Positions 18,877 through 27,650 of a DNA stretch of 39,153 nucleotides are shown here, in pieces. Every line of letters begins with the position of its first letter. Position 1 is the stretch's first letter. Location of the stretch: IMG/VR virus record IMGVR_UViG_2609459804_000025, one strand, 5' to 3'. Below the pieces are notes generated by a model, which made no database searches, was not told the origin of the DNA, and saw only the letters and a program-made list of their open reading frames with translations. Made by a program: the position numbers and the translations under genes. This DNA comes from a virus (lineage: Duplodnaviria > Heunggongvirae > Uroviricota > Caudoviricetes).

Positions 18877-19370
18877 TAAATCAGCTCCGCATAAATCCGT
18901 CTGACGCCGCGAATATCGGATATTGCCCAGCGTGCATCGCGCCACATATCTTCAATCTGCATGTCCAGCGCATCGGCCCGGCGATCACCTTTGTCGGTGG
19001 TGTCCACATCCCGCGAACGCTCAAGAACGCCCGCGCGGGTCAGTGCATACACCGCGCGTCGATACCGGTGCACGTTCACGCTCTCACCGTTGATGTGTGC
19101 TGCCGGAACGTCCGCCAGTGTCGACCGTCCCGCCGCCTCCTGTTTCTGTTTCCAGGCGTCAAGCTCTGCCGTTACATGTGCCACAGCTTCGGTGGCCGAA
19201 TGCAGCAGACGTGAGGTGGTGGTGCGCCCGGGAATGCGCATGGCAAGGCGCAGCTCTTTCAGCACGATATCCGGCCAGAACGCGTCTGTACTGATGCGCG
19301 CTTCTCCGTCGTCGGTGTCTGTCGTGTCATCCGTGGCGTCGTTCACACGGGGTCTGGCTACCATGCTCAT
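18876..19370 (-). CDS. L: head completion/stabilisation protein L
   Basis: 164 aa; P2 gpL-like (LADVPA..I.GES..V..Y.RAV, D.WRD.RWA). Confidence 0.88.
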   Translation of the reverse strand: MSMVARPRVNDATDDTTDTDDGEARISTDAFWPDIVLKELRLAMRIPGRTTTSRLLHSATEAVAHVTAELDAWKQKQEAAGRSTLADVPAAHINGESVNVHRYRRAVYALTRAGVLERSRDVDTTDKGDRRADALDMQIEDMWRDARWAISDIRGVRRIYAELI

Positions 19371-19478
19371 GATGTCTTCTCCTGTAGATCAGGCGGTGGG
19401 CGACCGGTGAAAATGACCGGGAGTCAGCGATCAGATCACCGGTCGCGCCGCCTGCCGACGAGGTCGGGTCCGGTGTTA

Positions 19479-20288
19479 TCAGGTCGCCTTGCGCGCCGGT
19501 TTTGCGGCGGTTTTTTTCGTGGCTTTTCTGGCCGTCGCTTTTGTAGTCGGCTTTTTGCGCCCTGATGTTGCTTTCGATTTACTTTTCTCTTCTGCTGGTT
19601 TTTCCGGTTCCGGCTGAACCTTTGATACCTTTCTGGCCAGCGTGGCGATTTCACGCTTCACGCCCGCTGCCGGATTGATGCGCATGGCTTCACGCAGCAG
19701 ACCAAGTGACACAGTCATGTCTTCCGTACTGCCTGATGCGCGCCGTGAAAATGCCCGCGCCTTATGTAGTTTTGCACGAACCTGATCCGGCATGTCCTGG
19801 TCGTGAACCAGTGCATCCAGCTCGTCCAGCATACGGATATAGCCGGATAAGTCGGTTTCGCTGTTGGTGGCGGCTTCTGTCAGCACAACTTCGGCAATTT
19901 CTTCGGTGAGCACGGTCGCCGAATCGCGCCCGAAGTTGTCCGGCAGTGCCAGCCGGTGACGAATGACGTACTCACCGATACGCAGTGCCAGCGGATAATC
20001 CCGGCAGTCAATTGCCCACACCATCATGGTGGTAATGACTTCGTCCTGGCGTCCGCTGTCGCCTGCCAGCGTGCCGTCTATCCAGCCTTCAAAATTCGGT
20101 ATCAGGTGCTTCTTCAGCTCCGCTTTCGCGATGTTCGACTGCACGCCCTTCAGCTGCAACTGGGCGAGGCGTAACTGGTGAAGAACCTGTTCATGTGCCG
20201 TTCGTGTTCGCTGCTCTTCGCGACTGAATGGATCAGCCCGATGATGCGCCATCACGCGCTGAAGGTATCGTTGTGCCGGTGTCAGCAT
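19479..20288 (-). CDS. M: terminase endonuclease (small) subunit M
   Basis: 269 aa; position between N and L; Lys/Ala/Thr-rich basic C-terminal tail typical of gpM-family small terminase subunits. Confidence 0.85.
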   Translation of the reverse strand: MLTPAQRYLQRVMAHHRADPFSREEQRTRTAHEQVLHQLRLAQLQLKGVQSNIAKAELKKHLIPNFEGWIDGTLAGDSGRQDEVITTMMVWAIDCRDYPLALRIGEYVIRHRLALPDNFGRDSATVLTEEIAEVVLTEAATNSETDLSGYIRMLDELDALVHDQDMPDQVRAKLHKARAFSRRASGSTEDMTVSLGLLREAMRINPAAGVKREIATLARKVSKVQPEPEKPAEEKSKSKATSGRKKPTTKATARKATKKTAAKPARKAT

Positions 20289-20337
20289 GTATTCGACTCC
20301 TGATTAACCGGCGGGCACATGTGCCCGCCATAATGCG

Positions 20338-21432
20338 TTACGCCTGTGCTTCTGCCTCTTTCTTGTCTTCCGGATCTTCACCGGCGAAAGAAATGCCCTC
20401 AATCAGTGCGCACTTGCCGTAGTCTTCCACCACGTAGCAGTCGTTCATGGACTGGTAGGTGGCGATACGGTTGTACTCCGGCTCTTCACGGATGAAGCGA
20501 CGCAGTGACCCTTTCTGGAAGTAGACCGAAAGGTTGCTGAACGACGTGATCAGCATGGCATCGTCCGGGAAGTACGGCGCAAAGAAGGTTGGCAGCGCGC
20601 CAATGGTGCGGGAGGCTGTAATCAGCTGTCCGGCGACCAGCTCCGTGTTCGGGTTGGTGGTGCTGATGGCGTTAATCATAGGCAGACGCAGCGTGTTGAA
20701 CAGGTTGCGGCCCATGACAACAACCAGATCCGGGGCGTCCTTGTGCCACTCATCCAGTATGGAAGAGCGAATGTCGTTAACCATCGCGTCAGCGTTGCCG
20801 TAGTCGCCTTTTGCAACCAGTTTGTTTTCATGATCGCGACGGGTCAGCGTCATTGCCTTCACGATACGCGTCGTGGCGTGTTCACGGATGTGTTTCAGCC
20901 ACCCGGTGTTAACGTCCTGAAGTTTCGGGTTGGCAGAACGATCGGAGATGATGGCGTGCGACTCACCGTTAAAGCCAATCATGATACGGTCCAGTGCAAT
21001 CTGTCGGGTGATTTGTGCACTCAGCAGTTGCTGGAAGTTTTTCTGGCTGCTCCACGCGTCAATCTGTGCGTAGCTGATGAAGGTGTCGTAGTTCACCTGT
21101 TCGCAGCGATAACGACGTGATGCCAGATCAGAGACGTCAGCGGGATTGCGTCGCTTCACGCCGTCACTGGTTGAGTTGGTGCTGGCGATGGGGCCGCTGG
21201 TATTCACCAGGACTTTTTCACCCTCCTGATCGTCAACGCCGATGCTGTTGATTCTTTTCAGCAGCTCGTCGCTCTCTTTGATGGCGTTTTCCATCTTCTG
21301 ATGAACAGCCGGATCAACGCTGAAGGTTTTCCCCAGTCGTTCTACGGTGGTTTCGGCCAGTTCAGCCTGGCGTGCAAGATAGGCCTCAAGATTGCTGCGG
21401 CCTTCGCGAGAAAGCGTTAAGCGGTTTCCCAT
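20338..21432 (-). CDS. N: major capsid protein N
   Basis: 364 aa; extensive similarity to P2 gpN as recalled (GFNG, SDRS.NP.LQDV..GWL, DPDLVV..GR.L, PYFP.DAMLIT, NLS.Y, YVVEDY). Confidence 0.93.
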   Translation of the reverse strand: MGNRLTLSREGRSNLEAYLARQAELAETTVERLGKTFSVDPAVHQKMENAIKESDELLKRINSIGVDDQEGEKVLVNTSGPIASTNSTSDGVKRRNPADVSDLASRRYRCEQVNYDTFISYAQIDAWSSQKNFQQLLSAQITRQIALDRIMIGFNGESHAIISDRSANPKLQDVNTGWLKHIREHATTRIVKAMTLTRRDHENKLVAKGDYGNADAMVNDIRSSILDEWHKDAPDLVVVMGRNLFNTLRLPMINAISTTNPNTELVAGQLITASRTIGALPTFFAPYFPDDAMLITSFSNLSVYFQKGSLRRFIREEPEYNRIATYQSMNDCYVVEDYGKCALIEGISFAGEDPEDKKEAEAQA

Positions 21433-21447
21433 GATTTTGTTCCTCAG

Positions 21448-22284
21448 TTAAAAATCAGCCAGGGCGTGGCTGTTGCCACCGGTTGAAGCAAAGCGCTGTT
21501 CCTTGTCTGCATCTTCGGTTTTCAGCTGCGCCTTCAGTTCAGTCAGTTCGCGGGTCAGGGTTTCCAGTGATGCCTTATCACTGCGCTGTTGCTCTTCCAT
21601 CGCATGGAAGCGATCCAGAAGGCCGGCCTGTTCCGTGGCAATGCTCTCGACGGCTTCGCGCACGTGAGCGAACTGCTCGCTGTCCGTGTCACGGGTTTTG
21701 CTGATGAGCGCCATGACGCGCGAAAACCATTTCTGGCTTTCTTCGGTGCTGTCCTGTACGGAGGCCGCGAGTTCCGCTTCCATACATTCGGTGAACATGA
21801 CTGGCTCACCGTTGCGGCTGTTGAACTGCATGATGCTGGCGCGCTGCTGGGCGGCAAACTTCAGTCGTTCAGTGCCGAGACTTGCCGGGGTATCGGTCAT
21901 TGCCAGGCCAATTACGTAAGGGCCGCCAACGGCATCAATGTTGGGTTCAAGCTCAATGCTTGAGTAGATTTTCTTGCCATCATTCAGCATCTGCGTCATG
22001 CGGTCGGTGGGCTCAATTTCGGCATACAGTGCGGTGCGGCCGGCCAGTTTGCCTTCCCTGATTTCTTCGGTGGACAGTGAAATCACATCGCCCACGGCAC
22101 TGAATTCACTGGATGGCATACGTGAAAGCATGTGCTCCACGTTCACCCGTGACCCCCACACTTCCGGGTCGTAATTCTCAGCGGCCTGACGCAACATCAG
22201 CCCCGAAATCTCACGCCCGTCGATGGTGGTGCCCGAGACGGCGACGCGGAATTTTTTCCGTACTGGCGCGTTTTTACTTGCCAT
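21448..22284 (-). CDS. O: capsid scaffolding protein O
   Basis: 278 aa; KFRV.V.G.T.DGR.IS N-terminus like P2 gpO; acidic coiled-coil C-terminus. Confidence 0.9.
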   Translation of the reverse strand: MASKNAPVRKKFRVAVSGTTIDGREISGLMLRQAAENYDPEVWGSRVNVEHMLSRMPSSEFSAVGDVISLSTEEIREGKLAGRTALYAEIEPTDRMTQMLNDGKKIYSSIELEPNIDAVGGPYVIGLAMTDTPASLGTERLKFAAQQRASIMQFNSRNGEPVMFTECMEAELAASVQDSTEESQKWFSRVMALISKTRDTDSEQFAHVREAVESIATEQAGLLDRFHAMEEQQRSDKASLETLTRELTELKAQLKTEDADKEQRFASTGGNSHALADF

Positions 22285-22357
22285 GTAAATCCCCTTTCTG
22301 TGGGTTGCTTTTCTTCATGATGATAAGGGGATGGCTGCGCCTCAAGGCGGCGATGTT

Positions 22358-22375
22358 GTAAGAGCGTGGCGACAA
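22358..22375. promoter_or_regulatory. TGT-N12-ACA dyad in the divergent O/P late-promoter region
   Basis: tgt aagagcgtggcg aca read directly; centred about 55 bp upstream of a TSS expected near 22421 (P start codon 22442) and also about 55 bp from a possible leftward TSS near 22311 (O start 22284). Confidence 0.45.
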
Positions 22376-22441
22376 TGGCACCGGATACCTGGATGAATGC
22401 GCGGGCGTTTACTCTTGAGATCAAACAGCAAGGGGGCGTCA

Positions 22442-24175
22442 ATGATTCAGGATGCATTTGTCCGCATAAGGGCAAGACAACTTTACTGGCAAGGGTACAC
22501 ACCTGCGGAAATCTCGCAACTGATGGGGATCAGCCAGAACACGATTTACTCATGGAAAAAACGCGATGAGTGGGATGCCACACCTCCGATCCAGCGGGTC
22601 ACCCAGTCCATTGATGCGCGCCTGATCCAGCTCACCACAAAAACAGAGAAAAGCGGCAGCGATTTTAAGGAAATTGACCTTCTCACGCGCCAGCTGAAAA
22701 AACTGAATGACGGTCAGGGAGAACAGGCCGTTTCCGGTAAAAAGCCCCGTAAACGCAGACTGAAAAATCACTTCACCGAAGAACAGATTGTCGCGCTTCG
22801 TGAAAAAATCCTCCCGACGCTGGCGTGGCATCAACGTGAATGGTACGAAAACCGTCACCACCGCAACCGTATGATCCTGAAGTCGCGTCAGATTGGTGCG
22901 ACCTGGTATTTTGCGCGCGAGGCGCTCCTTGATGCACTGCGTGATGACGTCTCCGCCGGGTATCAGCGCAACCAGATATTTTTGTCCGCCTCCCGTCGTC
23001 AGGCGTATCAGTTCAAGCATTTTATTCAGCAGGCGGCGCTGGAAGTGGATGTTGAGCTGAAAGGGGGCGACAAGATCGTGCTGTCCAACGGCGCGGAGCT
23101 GCACTTCCTCGGTACGTCAGCTGCCACCGCGCAGTCCTATACCGGTCATCTTAAATTCGACGAATTTTTCTGGGTCAGTAACTTTGTGAACCTCAGGAAG
23201 GTTGCCGGGGCAATGGCGACCCTGGAAGGGCTTACGCGCACTTACTTCTCGACGCCGTCGGGGGAAATGCATGAGGCGTATCAGTTCTGGACGGGGGGCC
23301 GCTGGAACAGCGAACAGCCACGCTCAAAACGCAGTGAGTTTGATGTTTCACATGCTCACCTGAAGAGGGGCGTGCTCTTTCCCGACAAAACGTGGCGGCA
23401 GATTGTCACCATTGAGGATGCTGTCGCTAACGGATGGCAGTTCACCAGTATTGATGATATTCGCGGCGAAAATACAGAAAGTGAATTTCGCAATCTGTAC
23501 ATGTGCGAATTTGTCCGTGATGGTGAGGCAGCCTTCAGTCTGAATACGCTCGTCGGGTGCGGTGTTGATGGCTATGACGAATGGCCGGACTGGAAGCCTT
23601 TTGCTGTCCGCCCTATGGGGGTGAGGGAAGTCTGGCTCGGGTATGACGCCAACGGCAGCAGCGGGAAGGGGGACTGCGGGGCGCTGTCGGTGTGCGTGCC
23701 ACCCCTTGTTGCCGGTGGGCGTTTTCGTACGGTGGAAACCGTCAGGGTTCAGGGCATGGAGTTTGAACAGCAGGCCGCCCTGATTGAGGAGTACACCCAA
23801 AAATACAATGTGAAGCATATCGGGATTGATGTCACCGGCGGGAACGGGGAAGGGGTTTATCAGATAGTGAAAAAATTCTTCCCCCTGGCTGTTCCGTATA
23901 ACTTTAATATCGCTTCAAAGCGGGCGCTGGTCATGAAGATGCTTCAGGTGGTCCGTGCCGGACGCTGGGAGTATGACCGCAGCGAGCGCGACCTGGTACA
24001 GGCCTTTGCATCGGTGCGAAAAATACAGACGCCCGGCGGCTATATCACCTATGACACTGACCGCTCACGCGGTGTCAGTCATGGTGATCTCGCCTGGGCA
24101 ACCATGCTTGCTGTTATCAATGAGCCAATCGGCGCAGAGCGTGAGGATAATCGTGGCTTTGCAATGGAGTTCTGA
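22442..24175 (+). CDS. P: terminase ATPase (large) subunit P
   Basis: About 577 aa from MIQDAF (SD aggggg upstream); P2 gpP-type terminase large subunit by size, divergent position opposite O and adjacency to portal Q. The track start at 22397 would lie upstream of the predicted late-promoter TSS. Confidence 0.9.
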   Translation: MIQDAFVRIRARQLYWQGYTPAEISQLMGISQNTIYSWKKRDEWDATPPIQRVTQSIDARLIQLTTKTEKSGSDFKEIDLLTRQLKKLNDGQGEQAVSGKKPRKRRLKNHFTEEQIVALREKILPTLAWHQREWYENRHHRNRMILKSRQIGATWYFAREALLDALRDDVSAGYQRNQIFLSASRRQAYQFKHFIQQAALEVDVELKGGDKIVLSNGAELHFLGTSAATAQSYTGHLKFDEFFWVSNFVNLRKVAGAMATLEGLTRTYFSTPSGEMHEAYQFWTGGRWNSEQPRSKRSEFDVSHAHLKRGVLFPDKTWRQIVTIEDAVANGWQFTSIDDIRGENTESEFRNLYMCEFVRDGEAAFSLNTLVGCGVDGYDEWPDWKPFAVRPMGVREVWLGYDANGSSGKGDCGALSVCVPPLVAGGRFRTVETVRVQGMEFEQQAALIEEYTQKYNVKHIGIDVTGGNGEGVYQIVKKFFPLAVPYNFNIASKRALVMKMLQVVRAGRWEYDRSERDLVQAFASVRKIQTPGGYITYDTDRSRGVSHGDLAWATMLAVINEPIGAEREDNRGFAMEF

Positions 24176-24180
24176 ACACA

Positions 24181-25224
24181 ATGAGTAAACGTAAAAAATA
24201 CACCGGAAAGCGCGGCACGGGCTCACTGGCTGATGCACTGAAATCAGCGCCGTCACTCAGTGCTTTCACGTTTGACGGTCCTTATGAAGCAAGCCGTCTT
24301 GATCTGCTTGATAACATGTCGTGCGCCGATAATGGCCGCTACTATGACACCCCCATGGACTGGAATGCCATTGCTCGCGCCTCGCGTCGTGCATCATGGC
24401 ACCAGTCGGCCCTGTATTTTAAGCGTAATGCCCTGAACGGCTGCTTTGTTCCTCATCCGCTACTGTCCCGCCAGGCGTTTTCCGCGTTTGCGCTGGACTG
24501 GTTCGTGTTCGGTAATGCCTATCTTGAAGTCCGCCGCAACAAGTTCGGTGAACCCATTGCGCTTCGTCCTGCGCTGGCGAAATACACGCGGCGGGGCAGT
24601 GATCTCGATACGTACTGGTACCTCAATGATGATGGTTCTGAATTTGCTTTCCGTAAGGGGGCTGTGTGCCACGTTCTGAACCCCGATATCAACCAGGAAA
24701 TCTACGGGATGCCGGAGTATATCGGTGGGTTGCTGTCGGTGAGTCTGTCGAACTCAGCGGATACGTTCCGCAAGCTCTACTATGACAACGGTTCACATGC
24801 CGGGTGCATTGTCTATGTTGGTGCCGCCCAGGCAAACGCTGAAAGCGTGGAAGCCATCAAGAAAACACTCACGGAATCCCGTGGCAAGGGGGCGTTCCGC
24901 AATATCCTTCTGCACGCGCCAGGTGGCGGCAAGGATGGTGTGCAAATACTGCCGTTCCAGCAAATCACCGCGAAGGACGAATTCCTTAACATCAAGGGGA
25001 GTGCCCGCGACGATATCCTTGCGGCTCACCGTGTACCGCCTCAGCTGATGGGGGCAATGCCTGACGGGAACGCGGCGTTCGGTGACGTTGAGAAGGCGGC
25101 GAGGGTATTTTTCATCAACGAGTTGCAACCGGTCATGGAAGCGATGAAGCATGTCAATGAATGGCTTGGGGTTGAAGTGATGCGCTTTAATCCCTATTCG
25201 CTGCTTCAGGATGGCGCCAGCTGA
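24181..25224 (+). CDS. Q: portal (capsid vertex) protein Q
   Basis: 347 aa; P2 gpQ-type portal by size and position immediately after P and before the cos region. Confidence 0.9.
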   Translation: MSKRKKYTGKRGTGSLADALKSAPSLSAFTFDGPYEASRLDLLDNMSCADNGRYYDTPMDWNAIARASRRASWHQSALYFKRNALNGCFVPHPLLSRQAFSAFALDWFVFGNAYLEVRRNKFGEPIALRPALAKYTRRGSDLDTYWYLNDDGSEFAFRKGAVCHVLNPDINQEIYGMPEYIGGLLSVSLSNSADTFRKLYYDNGSHAGCIVYVGAAQANAESVEAIKKTLTESRGKGAFRNILLHAPGGGKDGVQILPFQQITAKDEFLNIKGSARDDILAAHRVPPQLMGAMPDGNAAFGDVEKAARVFFINELQPVMEAMKHVNEWLGVEVMRFNPYSLLQDGAS

Positions 25225-25557
25225 CGCGCTTCGCTTGTCGGCTGCTTCGCCGGGGCATAAAAAATTTATGCCCCGACTCTCCAGCTCTGTCAACGCAATA
25301 CACCTTTCGCTTCTCAACTCATCAATAACATTTAACATTATGTTTTGCTGTGGTTTTTCTCTTTTTCGCGTCATGCCTGCGGTGTGATGTTTCCGCATTT
25401 AATCCCGACCCCGTAAAACTCAACCAGACGCATTCTGGCGGCCTGTTTTTCTGACTCTGTTTCGGTGTGGTTTTTTCAGAACCGGCTTCACTGCGTGCGT
25501 ATCACGCGCAATACGACCCCAAATAAAGCAACCTGCCTTCCACCCCTCAATTCGGGC

Positions 25558-25580
25558 GCCCTTCCCTCGTCGCCTGCGCG
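25558..25580. other. candidate cos (cohesive-end) site
   Basis: Reverse complement GGCGACGAGGGAAGGGCGC resembles the 19-nt P2/186 cohesive end (GGCGAGGCGGGGAAAGCAC) at 13 of 19 positions and lies where cos is expected, between Q and the accessory island. Recalled from memory, not searched. Confidence 0.3.
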
Positions 25581-25660
25581 CAGAAAAAACGCGTTTTTTG
25601 TGCACGCACGGATCCTTGACGGATCCAGCCGCCATGCGGGCCGAAAGGGCAAAAAGTCGT

Positions 25661-25690
25661 TCAAAAAAATTGTGCAAATTTGTGCACTAT
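25661..25690. repeat. three direct repeats of (a/t)TTGTGCA(a/c) at exact 10-bp spacing
   Basis: attgtgcaaa / tttgtgcact / attgtgcaaa read directly at 25661, 25671, 25681; helical phasing suggests a protein-binding array about 100 bp from the candidate cos. Confidence 0.55.
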
Positions 25691-25935
25691 TGTGCAAACC
25701 GAACGGAGTGCTTATTTATAGAAAAATTGAGCCTATGTATACGACGTTGCTTATAAATACATCCCTGACTGTTATGTGAAAATATGCAAAGAAAATTACA
25801 TGCTATGGAGATGAGAGTTATAACGACCTTTTCTACTTATTTGTAAAAGAGGTCGTTATGTAAAAGTTAAATTATTTTTTACTCTTGATATGTGTAAAAA
25901 ATATAGCTTTGATGTTTATATTCTATTAGAATACA

Positions 25936-27633
25936 TTATTTATCCTCTTTAATGATTTTGTTATAGTCAAAATCCCAAATTTTTCTGTCAATGCCGTTTG
26001 TTGGTGTAACCCGGTAGAATAAGGATCGTAATCCATTGTAAAAATACTGGAGAGATTTCTGATTTTCTGGTTTGTTTAACCAGTTTCTTGTAATCATTCT
26101 AAAGAATTCAATATGCTGATTGAATATTTTCTTATTTAATTTTCTGCTTAAACCGGATGTAGACTCATGGTTGTCTTTTCTTTTCTGAATTTCAGTTTCA
26201 ATTGATTGTAATTGAGGACGTATCTTGAGTAAGTATAACTCTTTCGAAAAACCATTGTTAATTATATCCTGATTTTCCCAGAAGGAAGAGTCGTCGGTAT
26301 TATAAAGGTGCTCACAATGCTCAAATATCAATTGTTCTGGAGCTTTTTCACCCGGCAGTGATATAATTCCTCTCTGATCCTCAGGGCTGTGATCTCCATC
26401 AAGAATACAAATTGATTTTAACGAGGTTTCCTTAAGATGAGAATCATTAAAAATAGTTTTTAAATTGTCTGCACCAATGAAACAATCAATTAAGTGAAAT
26501 GAATTACTAACTATAGCAAAATTTGGATATTTGCTTATCCAATAACCAAGTATTTCATTAAATAAAAAGCGAGCTTCTTCATCTTCCGTGAAAACTGGTA
26601 TCTTGTTCCTTGTGTATATCTCATCCTTTGTTTGTGTTTTCAGATACATTGTTATTTTTAATATATCAGGATTATCCAAAAGCAGAGCCTTTGTAATATT
26701 GTTAATTAGATAGACAACATGGTATTTTTTATGAAAAGCATATTCTAGCAATGTCAGACTGTGCGTTGTGAAAAATACTTGAATCTTATAATCTTTTGCG
26801 TATTGATAAATTTTATCTAATAATCTTATCTGTAAAGAAGGATGTAAAGTGGCATCAAATTCATCTATTAACAGAATGCTTTCTTTTTGATCAGTGGATT
26901 GAATAAGTGATTCAAAATAATACCTAAGGCTAACTAATGCCTTGATTATAATGAATATATTGTCTTCCCCGGATGATATGGTATTAGAATCAATTGCTGG
27001 GTTATCGGTATCAAATAATGGGCCAGCTTTAAAATCTCCGATATTGTTTGATTCTATATTTATAATATTAATGCCCAAAAGTTCATTATATATTTTCGAT
27101 ATATAACCAACATACTCTTCTGGTAGGTTTAACGGAATTTTTGTAAGGGCGTCGTCTTTAGTTTCACCAATCGGGAATAGTCGCGATAATCCAAGATATA
27201 AAACTGGTTTAGCTGGAAGTGATTGTTTTTCTTTTCCGCGTGGGTATACTGGTTTGATAGCATACCGTTGCGCTTCGTCTGGATTTTTTGAGTTGTGCTT
27301 TCTGAAGTCTAGTGTGCTATGATCCAAATAGTTAATAGAAAATAACACACCTTTTGTTCCCTCTGCCGGATCGGTGTAATTTTTTGATTCCCTAACAATT
27401 GCTTCCATTTTTGGGTTGGCTATTTTGTTTATAGATTTTATAACTCTAACACAATTACTATTTGAATAATTTTGTGATCTAGATGGTGGTATTTGGAAAC
27501 CATTGCTAATTAAATGAAGCAATGTTGTCTTACATGTCCCATTGGTTCCTGATATTATATTGATGTCTTCATTGAATGAGAAGTCAATATCTATCAGTTT
27601 CTTAAATTTTTTAAAACTAATTTCTTTAATCAT
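25936..27633 (-). CDS. ABC-type ATPase with C-terminal TOPRIM-like nuclease domain (OLD-family-like ATP-dependent nuclease)
   Basis: 565 aa; Walker A ISGTNGTCKTTLL, signature-like ISSGEDN, Walker B/D-loop ILLIDEFDATLHP, H-loop FFTTHS; C-terminal FTEDEE and ILDGDH fit TOPRIM E and DxD motifs. Very AT-rich coding sequence; SD aaggatg. Confidence 0.8.
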   Translation of the reverse strand: MIKEISFKKFKKLIDIDFSFNEDINIISGTNGTCKTTLLHLISNGFQIPPSRSQNYSNSNCVRVIKSINKIANPKMEAIVRESKNYTDPAEGTKGVLFSINYLDHSTLDFRKHNSKNPDEAQRYAIKPVYPRGKEKQSLPAKPVLYLGLSRLFPIGETKDDALTKIPLNLPEEYVGYISKIYNELLGINIINIESNNIGDFKAGPLFDTDNPAIDSNTISSGEDNIFIIIKALVSLRYYFESLIQSTDQKESILLIDEFDATLHPSLQIRLLDKIYQYAKDYKIQVFFTTHSLTLLEYAFHKKYHVVYLINNITKALLLDNPDILKITMYLKTQTKDEIYTRNKIPVFTEDEEARFLFNEILGYWISKYPNFAIVSNSFHLIDCFIGADNLKTIFNDSHLKETSLKSICILDGDHSPEDQRGIISLPGEKAPEQLIFEHCEHLYNTDDSSFWENQDIINNGFSKELYLLKIRPQLQSIETEIQKRKDNHESTSGLSRKLNKKIFNQHIEFFRMITRNWLNKPENQKSLQYFYNGLRSLFYRVTPTNGIDRKIWDFDYNKIIKEDK

Positions 27634-27650
27634 CTATATCATCCTTAAAT

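Noticed and set aside
22397-22441. Upstream start codon for terminase P (track start 22397)
   Set aside because: It would place the start codon upstream of the transcription start predicted from the TGT-N12-ACA site; the ATG at 22442 has a good SD and gives an N-terminus consistent with gpP.
25225-25935. Protein-coding genes in the Q-to-island spacer (track ORFs 25420-25677 and 25465-25779)
   Set aside because: The two overlap each other on opposite strands, lack RBSs and span palindromes and repeats; the region is better explained as cos and regulatory DNA.
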